Below are positions 1 to 9,491 of a stretch of DNA of 32,000 bases, piece by piece; position 1 is the first letter of the stretch, and every line of letters starts with the position of its first letter. Both the position numbers and the translations under genes were made by a program. The DNA is from Corynebacterium amycolatum (GTDB taxonomy: Bacteria; Actinomycetota; Actinomycetes; Mycobacteriales; Mycobacteriaceae), in NCBI RefSeq assembly GCF_049243625.1, contig NZ_CP046975.1; one strand, written 5' to 3'. The notes under the pieces were generated by a model that saw nothing but the letters and a program-made list of their open reading frames with translations, searched no databases and was not told where the DNA came from.

Positions 1-13
1 CCTGCGACAGGTC

Positions 14-2326
14 ATGCTCATCGACGACCCAGACCCGCAAGCCCGCGTTGAACGCGAGGTGGAATACCACCGACTACAGGCTAACCTGGACCGCTACCGC
101 TCAGCCGAGATTGGCCTGGTCTTTGGTCGAATCGATATCGATGACCCAGACCCCGACAATCCTTTGGCAGAGGAAGGGCCGGGGGCGACCGTCGATAAGC
201 GATACATCGGGCGAATCGGCCTGTCCGATGAAAACGACGACTACCGCACGGTCATCATGGATTGGCGTGCCGATGGTGCGCGCCCGTTTTACCTGGCCAC
301 GACCGCGCATTCCGAGGGAGTCAGCCTGCGTCGCCACCTGCGCACGCACGGCCGGAAGGTCCGCAGCATTGACGACGAATGGCTCTCCGGCGAGGAAGCC
401 GACAGCGCACACGAAACCGAAGTCGAGGCTGGTGTCGGTGGCGAATCGGTGCTGCGCGAGGTCATGAATCAAGCGCGCACCGGCCATATGCGCGGCATTG
501 TGGAGACCATTCAGCGCGAGCAGGACCTCATCATCCGCGATTCCACCCGCGGCACCCTGGTCGTCCAGGGCGGGCCCGGCACGGGCAAGACGGCGGTGGC
601 GCTGCATCGCGTCGCGTGGCTTCTCTACACCTACCGCGATCAGCTGGCGAAAACCGGTGTCCTCATCATCGGCCCGAACACGACCTTCCTCGACTACATT
701 TCCCGCGTGCTGCCGAGCCTCGGCGAAACAGGCGTGGTGCTGACCACCATCGCCGATCTCTACCCCGGCGTACGCGCGTCCAACGCGCTTATCGACGGGC
801 ACAACCCCGAACCCCTGGTTGCGCAGGAAGTTAAGGGCTCGATGGAGATGCTCACTATCCTGCGCGAAGCCGTGCGGGCCTACCAGGAGCTCCCCGCGGA
901 GTCGTTTGAAGTCCGTAACGACAACATCATCCTGACCATCACGCCAGAGATGGTGAAAGCCGCGCGAACGCGTGCGCGGCGGACTCGTAAACCACATAAT
1001 CTGGCACGTCCGATTTTCCGGGATCACGTGGTGGAACTCCTGGCCGCACAGATGGCCGAGGTCATTGGCGCCGACCCGCTGGGCGGCGAAAACCTGCTGT
1101 CCGTGACCGACGTTGCCGACCTGCGCGACGAAATTGACGAATCCGGAGCAGTCGCTGACATCCTCGACGAGCTGTGGCCCGCACTCACACCCGAGCAGGT
1201 GCTGTCGGAACTGCTGAGTTCCCGCGAGGCCATCGACTACGCCGCCAGCGATTACGACGAGCTGACGCGCGAGGCTCTCTACCGGCCGGAAGGCACCGAC
1301 TGGATGCCTTCCGACGCCCCGCTTCTCGACGAGCTGGCGGAGCTCCTCGGCCCGGTTGGTGAAGCGGAGACCGATGACGAGAATTGGCAGGCCCGCGTCG
1401 AGGAGGCGCAGGGCGCGTTGGATACCCTGTCCAGCTCTGCGTCCCAGGACCTTGACGACGGCTTCGAGGCCGAGATTCTATCTGCGTACGACGTCATCGA
1501 TGCCGAGGCACTGGCCGAACGCCACCGTGAGCGCGACCTGCGATCCACCGCCGAGCGGGCGGCGGCGGATCGCCTGTGGGCCTACGGCCATGTCATCGTC
1601 GACGAGGCTCAGGAACTCTCCGCGATGGCCTGGCGCATGCTGCGCCGCCGCAGCCCCAATGGTTGGATGACCCTCGTCGGCGACGTGGCCCAGACGGGCT
1701 CACCCGCAGGTGCCGCGACCTGGGACGATGTGCTGGAACCGATCATCGGCTCGAGGTGGCATCTCCACGAGCTGACCGTCAACTACCGCACCCCTGCTGA
1801 GGTGATGGAGGTTGCCGCCAGCGTCCTGGCTGAGATTGATTCGGAGCTGGAGGCGCCGCAGTCGATTCGCGCGACCGGCCGCAAGCCTGTTCAGGCTCGC
1901 ACCGTGACGGAGGCGTTGGCACATGTGGAGCGGGTTGCACAACCGGATCGCCTGGTCGCGGTCATCGCCCCGGCAGAGTTGCTCGACGCCACGCGCGCGG
2001 AGGTGCGGGATTTTCTCGCTGGCCGAACTGGTGGAGATGGTGAAGATGGCGGGGCTGGTGGCTCTAATGCTGCCGACGCGACTAGCGCCAATGACGCACC
2101 TGCTACTCGCCCCAACAAACTCACCAACTGCGCGGTCTACGACATCACGACCTCAAAGGGCCTGGAATTCGACGAGGTCATCGTCGTCGCGCCCGACCAG
2201 ATTGTGGCGCAATCTCCGCAGGGGCTACAGGACCTGTATGTTGCACTGACTCGTGCGACCCAGGGACTAATTGTTGTGGCGCCTCAGCAGTCGAGCGTTT
2301 TGCCGGAGCTGCAATGGTTAGAATGA
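14..2326 (+). CDS. helD: HelD-like UvrD/Rep superfamily 1 helicase (RNA polymerase recycling ATPase type). The 5' end may lie upstream of the window.
   Basis: 770-aa ORF. Walker A GGPGTGKTAVALHR, motif II VIVDEAQELS, C-terminal GLEFDEVIVV and LYVALTRATQGL typical of UvrD-like C-terminal domains. The frame is open back to base 2, so the true start is uncertain. Confidence 0.8.
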   Translation: MLIDDPDPQARVEREVEYHRLQANLDRYRSAEIGLVFGRIDIDDPDPDNPLAEEGPGATVDKRYIGRIGLSDENDDYRTVIMDWRADGARPFYLATTAHSEGVSLRRHLRTHGRKVRSIDDEWLSGEEADSAHETEVEAGVGGESVLREVMNQARTGHMRGIVETIQREQDLIIRDSTRGTLVVQGGPGTGKTAVALHRVAWLLYTYRDQLAKTGVLIIGPNTTFLDYISRVLPSLGETGVVLTTIADLYPGVRASNALIDGHNPEPLVAQEVKGSMEMLTILREAVRAYQELPAESFEVRNDNIILTITPEMVKAARTRARRTRKPHNLARPIFRDHVVELLAAQMAEVIGADPLGGENLLSVTDVADLRDEIDESGAVADILDELWPALTPEQVLSELLSSREAIDYAASDYDELTREALYRPEGTDWMPSDAPLLDELAELLGPVGEAETDDENWQARVEEAQGALDTLSSSASQDLDDGFEAEILSAYDVIDAEALAERHRERDLRSTAERAAADRLWAYGHVIVDEAQELSAMAWRMLRRRSPNGWMTLVGDVAQTGSPAGAATWDDVLEPIIGSRWHLHELTVNYRTPAEVMEVAASVLAEIDSELEAPQSIRATGRKPVQARTVTEALAHVERVAQPDRLVAVIAPAELLDATRAEVRDFLAGRTGGDGEDGGAGGSNAADATSANDAPATRPNKLTNCAVYDITTSKGLEFDEVIVVAPDQIVAQSPQGLQDLYVALTRATQGLIVVAPQQSSVLPELQWLE

Positions 2327-2360
2327 CGAGGATAGTGCCGTACAGAATGAGTGAGACATA

Positions 2361-3455
2361 ATGTCCCAAAACTATCTACCTCAGTTAGCTGAACTTCGCG
2401 CACGCCGTCTCATTGCCCAGAGGTTAGCTGCAAGTCAAGCACGCAGCGATTGGAATACAAATCTCAAGTCGCCTGCATTATCAGCAACGCATGGCATGGT
2501 TGCTCTACAAGGGCAGAATTATTCGAACGGTGTTAATGCCATCGCCCTACGCAGTGGCAGCACCTCCGACGATGTTTTAGCAGCCATTTCTTCTTTCGAC
2601 ATCGTTCGCTGTTGGTCTCAACGAGGCACCCTGCACTTTGTTTCAGCACAAGACGCGGAAGCAATTATGAGGTTGACGAATCCGCGCATCGAAAAGGCGG
2701 CAGCAAGACGCCGTACGACACTCGGACTTTCTCAAGATGATGTGCAGACCGCACGGGCAGCATTTCATTCCGAATTGCGCTCACGTGGTCTGTCCGACCC
2801 GCTGACTCGGACCGAAGCCTATGAGGTTTTCGCAGATCATGGAATAGACCCCACGGAACAAAGAGGCCCTCACCTACTGCGCACATTCGGCGGCGAAGGC
2901 GCTGTCATCCAAGGGCCACGAAAAGGAGCCCAAGATACCTTCGTCCTGCTTACCGACGTAACTTTCAAAGGCGGCCTCTCAGAAAAAACCACAGAGGGCT
3001 CCAGCACAGGACACTCAGCTGAATCCACGCTGGCCGACATTGCCTGGCGCTATGTTGATTCCCGCGGACCTATCTGTGTAGCTGACTTCGCGTGGTGGCT
3101 GGGACTGACGAAAACTCAAGCGAAAAAGGCCCTTAAGCTTATCGACCACTTAATAGTTCCTTTCTCCCTCGATTCCTCCGCCTCTTCGCACGCGCCAACT
3201 GACACAGAATTCACCGGCGAACCCCTCACGCAAAATGAGTACTTCATGCCGGCATGGCAGCAGAACGTAACTGAGGCCGAGCTTGAAGCCGCGCTTTCAC
3301 TGACGCTTCGACTGCCCGCTTTTGACGAGTACCTCATGGGCTATGGCAGCCGTACCGAAGTTCTTCCTGAATCCCTTCGCAACCAGGTCTTAACTAGAAA
3401 TGGAATTAGCTGGCCTTTTGTAGTTGAAGAAGGAGTTATCACCGGACGGCAATAG
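2361..3455 (+). CDS. Winged-helix DNA-binding domain protein of the DUF1006 / AlkZ-YcaQ DNA glycosylase family
   Basis: 364-aa ORF. Family-typical strings VRCWSQRGTLHFVSAQD and LPAFDEYLMGYGSR. A Q-G-Q tripeptide (aa 50-52) lies where the family carries its Q-x-Q / Q-x-D catalytic motif. Visibly lower GC than its neighbours. Confidence 0.6.
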   Translation: MSQNYLPQLAELRARRLIAQRLAASQARSDWNTNLKSPALSATHGMVALQGQNYSNGVNAIALRSGSTSDDVLAAISSFDIVRCWSQRGTLHFVSAQDAEAIMRLTNPRIEKAAARRRTTLGLSQDDVQTARAAFHSELRSRGLSDPLTRTEAYEVFADHGIDPTEQRGPHLLRTFGGEGAVIQGPRKGAQDTFVLLTDVTFKGGLSEKTTEGSSTGHSAESTLADIAWRYVDSRGPICVADFAWWLGLTKTQAKKALKLIDHLIVPFSLDSSASSHAPTDTEFTGEPLTQNEYFMPAWQQNVTEAELEAALSLTLRLPAFDEYLMGYGSRTEVLPESLRNQVLTRNGISWPFVVEEGVITGRQ

Positions 3456-3493
3456 AAAAACCGGCACCTCAACTCAGAGGCGCCGGTTTAAAA
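3456..3493. terminator. Bidirectional rho-independent terminator between convergent genes
   Basis: AAAAA, then CCGGCACCTC (3461-3470), loop AACTCA, GAGGCGCCGG (3477-3486; 10-bp stem with one mismatch), then TTTAAAA. It lies between the stop of the + gene (3455) and the stop of the - gene (3540). Confidence 0.6.
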
Positions 3494-3539
3494 CGAAAGC
3501 TAAATTGTTAGCTCACCGTTTTGTAAGCTCACGGTTTTA

Positions 3540-3980
3540 TTAGCTCACAGTGTGAACAATCATGACATCACAGTCCGACTGACGAGCAACATCCGCCGGC
3601 ACGGAGCCCAGCAGACGACCAGTCAGCGAGTTAATACCACGGTTACCAACCACCAGCAGGTCCGCGCGACGGTCAGTGACCAGCGACATCAGAGCTTCAA
3701 CCGGGGAGCCCGAGCGAACTTCAGTCTCAACCTTGGTCGCGCCGACGGCCTCTGCGGCCTCCTTAGCAGCAGCCAGGTTCTTCTGAGCCGGGTCATCACC
3801 GAGGACCTGGACCGAATCCTGGCGCAGGGTCTTGGACGCATCCTCTGCAGTCTCGTAGTAAGCGCAGCCGATAACTAGGGTGGCATCGAAAGCGGCAGCA
3901 ATCGAGGCAGCGCGCTCTACTGCGAGCAGCGACGACTTAGAACCATCCGTGCCGACAACAATGGTCTTGTAATCACTCAT
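3540..3980 (-). CDS. Universal stress protein (UspA family)
   Basis: 146 aa. N-terminal KTIVVGTDGS and C-terminal ATP-binding motif VGNRGINSLTGRLLGSV (G-2x-G-9x-G-S/T). Confidence 0.9.
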   Translation of the reverse strand: MSDYKTIVVGTDGSKSSLLAVERAASIAAAFDATLVIGCAYYETAEDASKTLRQDSVQVLGDDPAQKNLAAAKEAAEAVGATKVETEVRSGSPVEALMSLVTDRRADLLVVGNRGINSLTGRLLGSVPADVARQSDCDVMIVHTVS

Positions 3981-4112
3981 GAAAACTATCCCTCACTGTG
4001 GAAGTTGCATTAAAACAGTTCATCGTGCGTAACGCCGTCGTTGCCCCGAACCCACTGGCCAGAGGCACTTTCGCGAATACACTGTTTTACTTCCCACAAC
4101 AGTAGCAAAAAA

Positions 4113-6245
4113 CTACTCGACACCGGCCTCAATCATCCCCTTAAGTTCCTTCTTGAGGTCGAAAATCTCATCGCGCAAGCGCCCCGCGAGCTCGAACTTC
4201 AACTCACGCGCAGCCGCGGCCATCTGCTCCGACAAATCTGCAATAAGAGCCTCGAGCTCAGCCCGCGGCATCTGCTTACCGCTGGCACCATCGGCCGCGC
4301 CCGAGCCGTCGGCACGCGAGAGCAGCGCATCGGCGGGCGCACCGGTCTTGCCTTCGTAATCAGTGTCAGCGTTGTCGTAAACCTGATCCAGAATGTCCGC
4401 AATCTTCTTGCGCAGCGGCTGCGGATCGATACCATGCTCGGTGTTGTACGCGATCTGCTTTTCGCGGCGCCGCTCCGTCTCATCGATGGCGAACTGCATG
4501 GAATCGGTGATCTTGTCGGCGTACATGTGCACCTCGCCGGAAACGTTTCGCGCGGCACGACCAATCGTCTGAATCAACGAACGCTCCGAACGCAAGAACC
4601 CCTCCTTGTCAGCGTCGAGGATTGCCACCAGAGAAACCTCGGGCAAGTCGAGGCCCTCGCGCAGCAGGTTAATACCGACCAGCACGTCGTACTCACCGAG
4701 ACGCAACTGTCGCAGCAGCTCAACGCGCTTGAGCGTATCCACATCCGAGTGCATATACCGCACTTGCACGCCATTTTCGAGCAGGTAGTCGGTCAGGTCC
4801 TCCGCCATCTTCTTCGTCAGGGTGGTCACGAGGACGCGTTCGTCACGCTCGGTGCGCTTTCGGATCTCGCCAATCAGATCATCAATCTGTCCCTCAGTCG
4901 GCTTAACGACGATCTTGGGATCCACCAGCCCAGTCGGACGAATGACCTGCTCCACATACTCACCACCGGCCTTCTCGAGCTCATAGTCACCCGGCGTTGC
5001 GGACATGAACACGACCTGGCCCACTCGGGCATCGAATTCATCGAACGTCAGCGGCCGGTTATCCAGCGCCGACGGGAGGCGGAAACCAAAGTCGACGAGG
5101 TTGCGCTTACGGGAGGCATCGCCCTCGAACATGCCGCCAATCTGCGGCACAGTGACGTGCGACTCATCGATGATAGTGAGGAAGTCCTCCGGGAAATAGT
5201 CGATGAGCGTCGCGGGGGCCGAGCCCGGCGCGCGACCATCGATGTGGCGCGAGTAGTTCTCAATACCGGAGCAGAAGCCGACTTGCTCGATCATTTCGAG
5301 GTCGTACTCCGTGCGCATGCGCAGACGCTGTGCTTCCAGCAGCTTACCGCGGTTTTCTAGGTCTGCCAGGCGTTCGGCGAGCTCGGCCTTGATGTCCGCG
5401 ACGGCACGTTCCATGCGCTCCGGGCCGGCGACGTAGTGCGTAGCAGGGAAAATGCGCAGCTCAGGGGCTTGGTCGATGACGTCGCCTGTGACTGGATTGA
5501 GGTAGTACAGCGAATCAATCTCGTCGCCGAAGAACTCCACTCGCACGGCCTTTTCTTCGTAGGCCGGGATGATGTCGACCACGTCGCCTTTTACTCGGAA
5601 GGTGCCGCGGGTAAAGGCGATATCATTGCGGGCATACTGAATGTCCACCAAAAGGCGCAGGAACTGGTCGCGATCGACTTCCTCGCCCTCCTTCAGCCAC
5701 ACCGAACGGTCGAGGTAAGACTGCGGGGTACCCAGGCCATAGATGCAAGAAACAGAGCTGACGACGACTACGTCGCGACGCGACAACAGCGCTGAAGTAG
5801 CCGAGTGGCGCAGGCGCTCCACATCCTCGTTGATGGAGGAATCCTTTTCAATATAGGTATCGGTCTGCGCGATGTAGGCCTCTGGTTGGTAGTAGTCGTA
5901 GTAGGAAACGAAGTACTCGACCGCGTTGTTTGGCAGCAGGCTGCGGAGCTCATTGGCCAGCTGAGCCGCCAGAGTCTTGTTCGGCGCCATGACGAGGGTT
6001 GGCCGTTGCACCTTTTCGATCAGCCACGCCGCAGTGGCTGATTTACCGGTACCCGTGGCACCCATCAGGACGACCTCGCGCTCGCCTCTGTCCAGGCGTT
6101 CCGACAGTTCCGCGATTGCCTGCGGCTGGTCGCCCGAGGGCTCGAACTCGCTGATGACCTCGAAGGTTCCCTCCGCGCGCTCGACTTCACCGACGGGACG
6201 GAACTCCGAGTGCGCGAGGACGGGTTGCTCTGCTGCAAATGCCAT
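4113..6245 (-). CDS. uvrB: Excinuclease ABC subunit B
   Basis: 710 aa. [10 protein letters not shown] Walker A, helicase motifs (DESH), and a C-terminal UVR domain ([21 protein letters not shown]). Confidence 0.97.
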   Translation of the reverse strand: MAFAAEQPVLAHSEFRPVGEVERAEGTFEVISEFEPSGDQPQAIAELSERLDRGEREVVLMGATGTGKSATAAWLIEKVQRPTLVMAPNKTLAAQLANELRSLLPNNAVEYFVSYYDYYQPEAYIAQTDTYIEKDSSINEDVERLRHSATSALLSRRDVVVVSSVSCIYGLGTPQSYLDRSVWLKEGEEVDRDQFLRLLVDIQYARNDIAFTRGTFRVKGDVVDIIPAYEEKAVRVEFFGDEIDSLYYLNPVTGDVIDQAPELRIFPATHYVAGPERMERAVADIKAELAERLADLENRGKLLEAQRLRMRTEYDLEMIEQVGFCSGIENYSRHIDGRAPGSAPATLIDYFPEDFLTIIDESHVTVPQIGGMFEGDASRKRNLVDFGFRLPSALDNRPLTFDEFDARVGQVVFMSATPGDYELEKAGGEYVEQVIRPTGLVDPKIVVKPTEGQIDDLIGEIRKRTERDERVLVTTLTKKMAEDLTDYLLENGVQVRYMHSDVDTLKRVELLRQLRLGEYDVLVGINLLREGLDLPEVSLVAILDADKEGFLRSERSLIQTIGRAARNVSGEVHMYADKITDSMQFAIDETERRREKQIAYNTEHGIDPQPLRKKIADILDQVYDNADTDYEGKTGAPADALLSRADGSGAADGASGKQMPRAELEALIADLSEQMAAAARELKFELAGRLRDEIFDLKKELKGMIEAGVE

Positions 6246-6356
6246 AGTTCCCAGCGTAGCGAAGGCTGCTTTACATGGGCTGGTTATGCTCGCTTCCCTG
6301 GGCTTTGGGGTGGCTGTGGGGATTTGGGGCCAGCACAGGCACCGCAGGCACCGCAG

Positions 6357-6424
6357 GCGGGGTTCCGCTTCACCAGCTGGCCCTTGGTACGCAGCGACTG
6401 GCTCCTGGTGAAGCGCAAGCCGTC
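6357..6424 (+). repeat. Palindromic interspersed element, copy A (20-nt arm, 28-nt loop, 20-nt arm; arms 16/20 complementary)
   Basis: GCGGGGTTCCGCTTCACCAG - N28 - CTGGTGAAGCGCAAGCCGTC. It shares the core CGCTTCACCAG / CTGGTGAAGCG and the 28-nt spacing with the copies at 19466 and 30265. Confidence 0.8.
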
Positions 6425-6581
6425 TTATCGATGGTCCGCGGGTACGAGGTTGAGGTTGAGGCTGCGGCTGCGCGGCTGCGGGCGGCCTGGATTATCCACA
6501 CCTTGAAAGTTGTCCACAGATTGGACGCGGAGCCTCTCTCAAAGAAAAGCCCCTGAATCAAAAAGGCTTAGAGTCCCGACC

Positions 6582-7463
6582 ATGGGAAGTTTCACCACGG
6601 CCGAGTTACGTGCACTCGGCATCGGAGAGAAAAAGACCAGAGCCCTCCTACAACAAGGCAGACTAACTAAATTAGTACGTGGCCTCTACATTGACGACCA
6701 CTCTCCCGCCTCAGTCGCCCGAGCAATCACAGGGCATTACAAAAAGATTGCTCTAAGCGGTAAAAGCGCAGCTCAAATCCACTTGAGACTTCCCCTGACA
6801 TTTCCTATCCAGACGGAAGGCGCGGGATCAGTTCAGGCCGAAACCTTCTCTATTAGGCATAGCCGCCTGCCGGCCTGCACCAGCATCAATGGCCTTCCAG
6901 TTGTCGAAGCACTCTGGGCAGCACGAGCTTCAAAAGACTATGCACGCAGAATCCTGGAAACACACTACGCCGGCCGGGACGGCGAGAAGCGACTCAACCA
7001 CGACCTCAGCCGGATGCGGAAAGTCCCCGCATGGCTGCGTGAAACCATCGCCACCACGCCGATCGGCGCATGCAGCGAACTCGAGCGCAAGCTGGCTCGC
7101 CCATTGATTAAGCGCGGGTACCGGATCCGAATGAACCACTTCATCGGCCCCTACTGCTTCGATATCCTACTTGACCAGTGGAAAATAGCCATCGAAGTCG
7201 ACTCCGAGAAGTACCACGCGAACGAGGACTCATTCATCTCAGATCGTTGGAAGACCAACTCCGGCACGCTGCACGGCTGGATAGTCCTGCGGTTCACAGA
7301 CTCATGCATCAATTGGAATCTCGACAGCGTCCTCGACGAAATCGAGCAGGCAATCCGATGGGTACAAAAGCGCCGTCCCCGCGTGGACTATAAACCAGGA
7401 TGGCCTGCCTGCCAGAAAGTCTGGGAGTGGAATCCAACGGTTGGCTACGCCAACAAGCAATGA
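6582..7463 (+). CDS. DUF559 (Vsr-like restriction-endonuclease fold) domain protein
   Basis: C-terminal YCFDILLDQWKIAIEVDSEKYH ... GWIVLRF is the typical DUF559 signature. The ORF track starts at 6510, but the ATG at 6582 (MGSFTTAEL) is preferred. The start is uncertain. Confidence 0.65.
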   Translation: MGSFTTAELRALGIGEKKTRALLQQGRLTKLVRGLYIDDHSPASVARAITGHYKKIALSGKSAAQIHLRLPLTFPIQTEGAGSVQAETFSIRHSRLPACTSINGLPVVEALWAARASKDYARRILETHYAGRDGEKRLNHDLSRMRKVPAWLRETIATTPIGACSELERKLARPLIKRGYRIRMNHFIGPYCFDILLDQWKIAIEVDSEKYHANEDSFISDRWKTNSGTLHGWIVLRFTDSCINWNLDSVLDEIEQAIRWVQKRRPRVDYKPGWPACQKVWEWNPTVGYANKQ

Positions 7464-7532
7464 CACCTGTCATGGGCAATTCGTGACATTACCTATACGT
7501 CCATACCTCTAATCCGCGCTGAACTTGGAACT

Positions 7533-8501
7533 ATGAATCCGGACGTAATTCTCGAGTTCTCCAATATCACCAAGCAATTCAGCAAAGGCCAGGTAACCGC
7601 ACTCGATGATGTCAGCGCCACCGTCCGCCGCGGTGAGGTCGTCGCCATCCTCGGTGAAAACGGCGCAGGCAAAACCACACTTATCGATCTCATCCTCGGC
7701 CTGACCACACCCACCGCCGGCCGCATCGAAGTCAACGGCCAATCATCCAGGAACGCGGTCAATGCTCAGCAGGTCGGCGCTATCTTGCAGACGGGCGGTT
7801 TGCTTCCCGACGTAACGGTCGAGGACACACTCAAGATGATTGCCAGTGGCTATTCGGAGCATGTGGCGTTGGCGGACGTCGTAAAGCAAGCGCGGCTGGA
7901 ACCCTTGCTGAAGCGGAAAGTCGGTAAGTGCTCGGGCGGTGAGCAGCAGCGATTGAAGTTTGCGTTGGCCCTGCTCGGTGATCCGGAGTTGATTATGTTG
8001 GATGAGCCGACAGCGGGGATGGATCCGAGTGCGCGGCGCAATTTTTGGGCGGATATTCATGCCCGGGCGGAGCGTGGCACGACGGTGTTGTTCACCACGC
8101 ATTACATGGATGAGGCGGAGGATTTTTCGAAGCGAATCATCATGCTGCACAAGGGGCGTATCATGGCGGACTTGGATACGCCGAGCATGCTTGCGCTGAG
8201 TAAATCAGTGCTGGTTGAGGCTAATTTTCCGGGTGCGGCACCGGAGCTTTCAGAGCGCACTGAGGTCGATGAGGTCACCTGGTTGAGTAGCGCTGCTGGG
8301 GAACCGGCCGGGACCAGTAGGCGCGTGCGGCTGCGGACACGGGATTCGGACTCACTGCTTCGTCACTTGGTAACGGAGACGGATGCGACCGACTTCACGG
8401 TCCAGCGCGCGAAGCTTGATGACATTTTCATTTCTATGCAGCGTGACGCAGATGTTGCAGCTGATGCCACGCCCGATGTCGCCGTGGCTGCTGGGAACTA
8501 A
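7533..8501 (+). CDS. ABC transporter ATP-binding protein
   Basis: Walker A GENGAGKTT, signature CSGGEQQR, Walker B LIMLDEPTAGMD. Confidence 0.9.
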   Translation: MNPDVILEFSNITKQFSKGQVTALDDVSATVRRGEVVAILGENGAGKTTLIDLILGLTTPTAGRIEVNGQSSRNAVNAQQVGAILQTGGLLPDVTVEDTLKMIASGYSEHVALADVVKQARLEPLLKRKVGKCSGGEQQRLKFALALLGDPELIMLDEPTAGMDPSARRNFWADIHARAERGTTVLFTTHYMDEAEDFSKRIIMLHKGRIMADLDTPSMLALSKSVLVEANFPGAAPELSERTEVDEVTWLSSAAGEPAGTSRRVRLRTRDSDSLLRHLVTETDATDFTVQRAKLDDIFISMQRDADVAADATPDVAVAAGN

Positions 8502-8525
8502 AGGAAATAACTGGAAAGGATTACC

Positions 8526-9374
8526 ATGACGTACACCGCGACTGAAACTTCGTCCGACATACCCGGCGCGACTGCTGGTACCAGCGCAACAAAGCTAACC
8601 GAATCCCACGGCCTGTCGACATACATCGCCATTCAGATCAAACGCTATCTGTCCGACTGGTCGAACCTGTTCTTCTCCATCGGCCTGCCCATCTTGTTCT
8701 TTCTGGTGTTCGGTGCCTCGCTCGACCGCGGCGGCGATGCCTTCCCTCACGGCAATGTCACCGCCTACGTGATGATTGGCATGGCTATTTACGGCGGCGT
8801 CACAGCAGCGGTGGCCAGCGCCGGACAAACGATTATGGAGCAAACCACGGGATGGGGTCGCCAGCTTGCGCTGACACCAATGTCGACGTCGCGTATTGTA
8901 CTAAGCCAGGCAATTCTGGTGCTCTTCGCCGCAGTGTTGCCGATTGCGGCAATGTATCTTCTCGGCCTCGTCATCGGCGCCGAGATGGAGCCACGGGCCT
9001 GGATTGTCAGCTTCATTCTCTGTGTTGTAACCTGTCTGCCGTTTGGTTTCTACGGCTATGCCTGGGCACTGCTGCTGCCGAAGCCGTCAGCGCTCAGTAT
9101 CGCGTCGGGCTCGATTGTCGTGCTGTCTTACCTCGGTAACCTCTTTATCCCGATGCAGGGCACGTTGCTGGCAATCAGCCGCTTCACGCCACTGTTCGGT
9201 TCTGTGACTCTGTCGAGGTATCCGCTGACCGCAGGTCTTACTCCCAGCACGGATACTGGTGCAGGACTCTACACCGAGCCACTGTGGGTGCCCATTGTCA
9301 ATGTTGCAGTGTGGAGCATCCTGCTAATCGGCTTCTGCATATATCTGAACAAGCGCGAGAAGTCGCGGCTGTAA
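8526..9374 (+). CDS. ABC-2 type transporter permease
   Basis: 282 aa with about 6 hydrophobic segments, placed immediately downstream of the ATPase (24-nt gap). Confidence 0.8.
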   Translation: MTYTATETSSDIPGATAGTSATKLTESHGLSTYIAIQIKRYLSDWSNLFFSIGLPILFFLVFGASLDRGGDAFPHGNVTAYVMIGMAIYGGVTAAVASAGQTIMEQTTGWGRQLALTPMSTSRIVLSQAILVLFAAVLPIAAMYLLGLVIGAEMEPRAWIVSFILCVVTCLPFGFYGYAWALLLPKPSALSIASGSIVVLSYLGNLFIPMQGTLLAISRFTPLFGSVTLSRYPLTAGLTPSTDTGAGLYTEPLWVPIVNVAVWSILLIGFCIYLNKREKSRL

Positions 9375-9491
9375 ATAGCGCGGCGAAACACGGCTAGATA
9401 GCAAACCCAAGCGATAGCCATCGCCTCCATCTAACCTGTGACTAACTAGACCAACTTCCCTCTGCCACCGACCGAGACCGCCTAGGCATCT

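Noticed and set aside
17-156. The repeated peptide IDDPDP (nt 17-40 and 133-156) at the HelD-like N-terminus
   Set aside because: It is a short acidic/proline motif occurring twice inside a coding region, most likely coincidental or a small internal duplication. No further structure was seen.
101-1027. 308-aa ORF on the - strand, plus other overlapping ORFs in 48-2369
   Set aside because: They are antisense to or out of frame with the HelD-like helicase gene and have no independent signals.
4012-4088. 9-bp inverted repeat TAAAACAGT / ACTGTTTTA, about 60 bp apart, between the universal stress protein gene start and the uvrB stop
   Set aside because: It is short, AT-rich and widely spaced, so it could arise by chance. 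It is noted as a possible operator pair but is not supported well enough to report.
4041-5360. 439-aa ORF on the + strand
   Set aside because: It is entirely antisense to the strongly supported uvrB gene. The composition (Leu/Arg/Val-rich, no motifs) is typical of shadow ORFs in GC-rich DNA.
6210-6556. Three overlapping 90-144-aa ORFs in the uvrB upstream region
   Set aside because: They are composed of G-runs, GC-rich hexamer repeats and the palindromic element. They have low-complexity Gly/Ala/Arg/Trp composition and no RBS.
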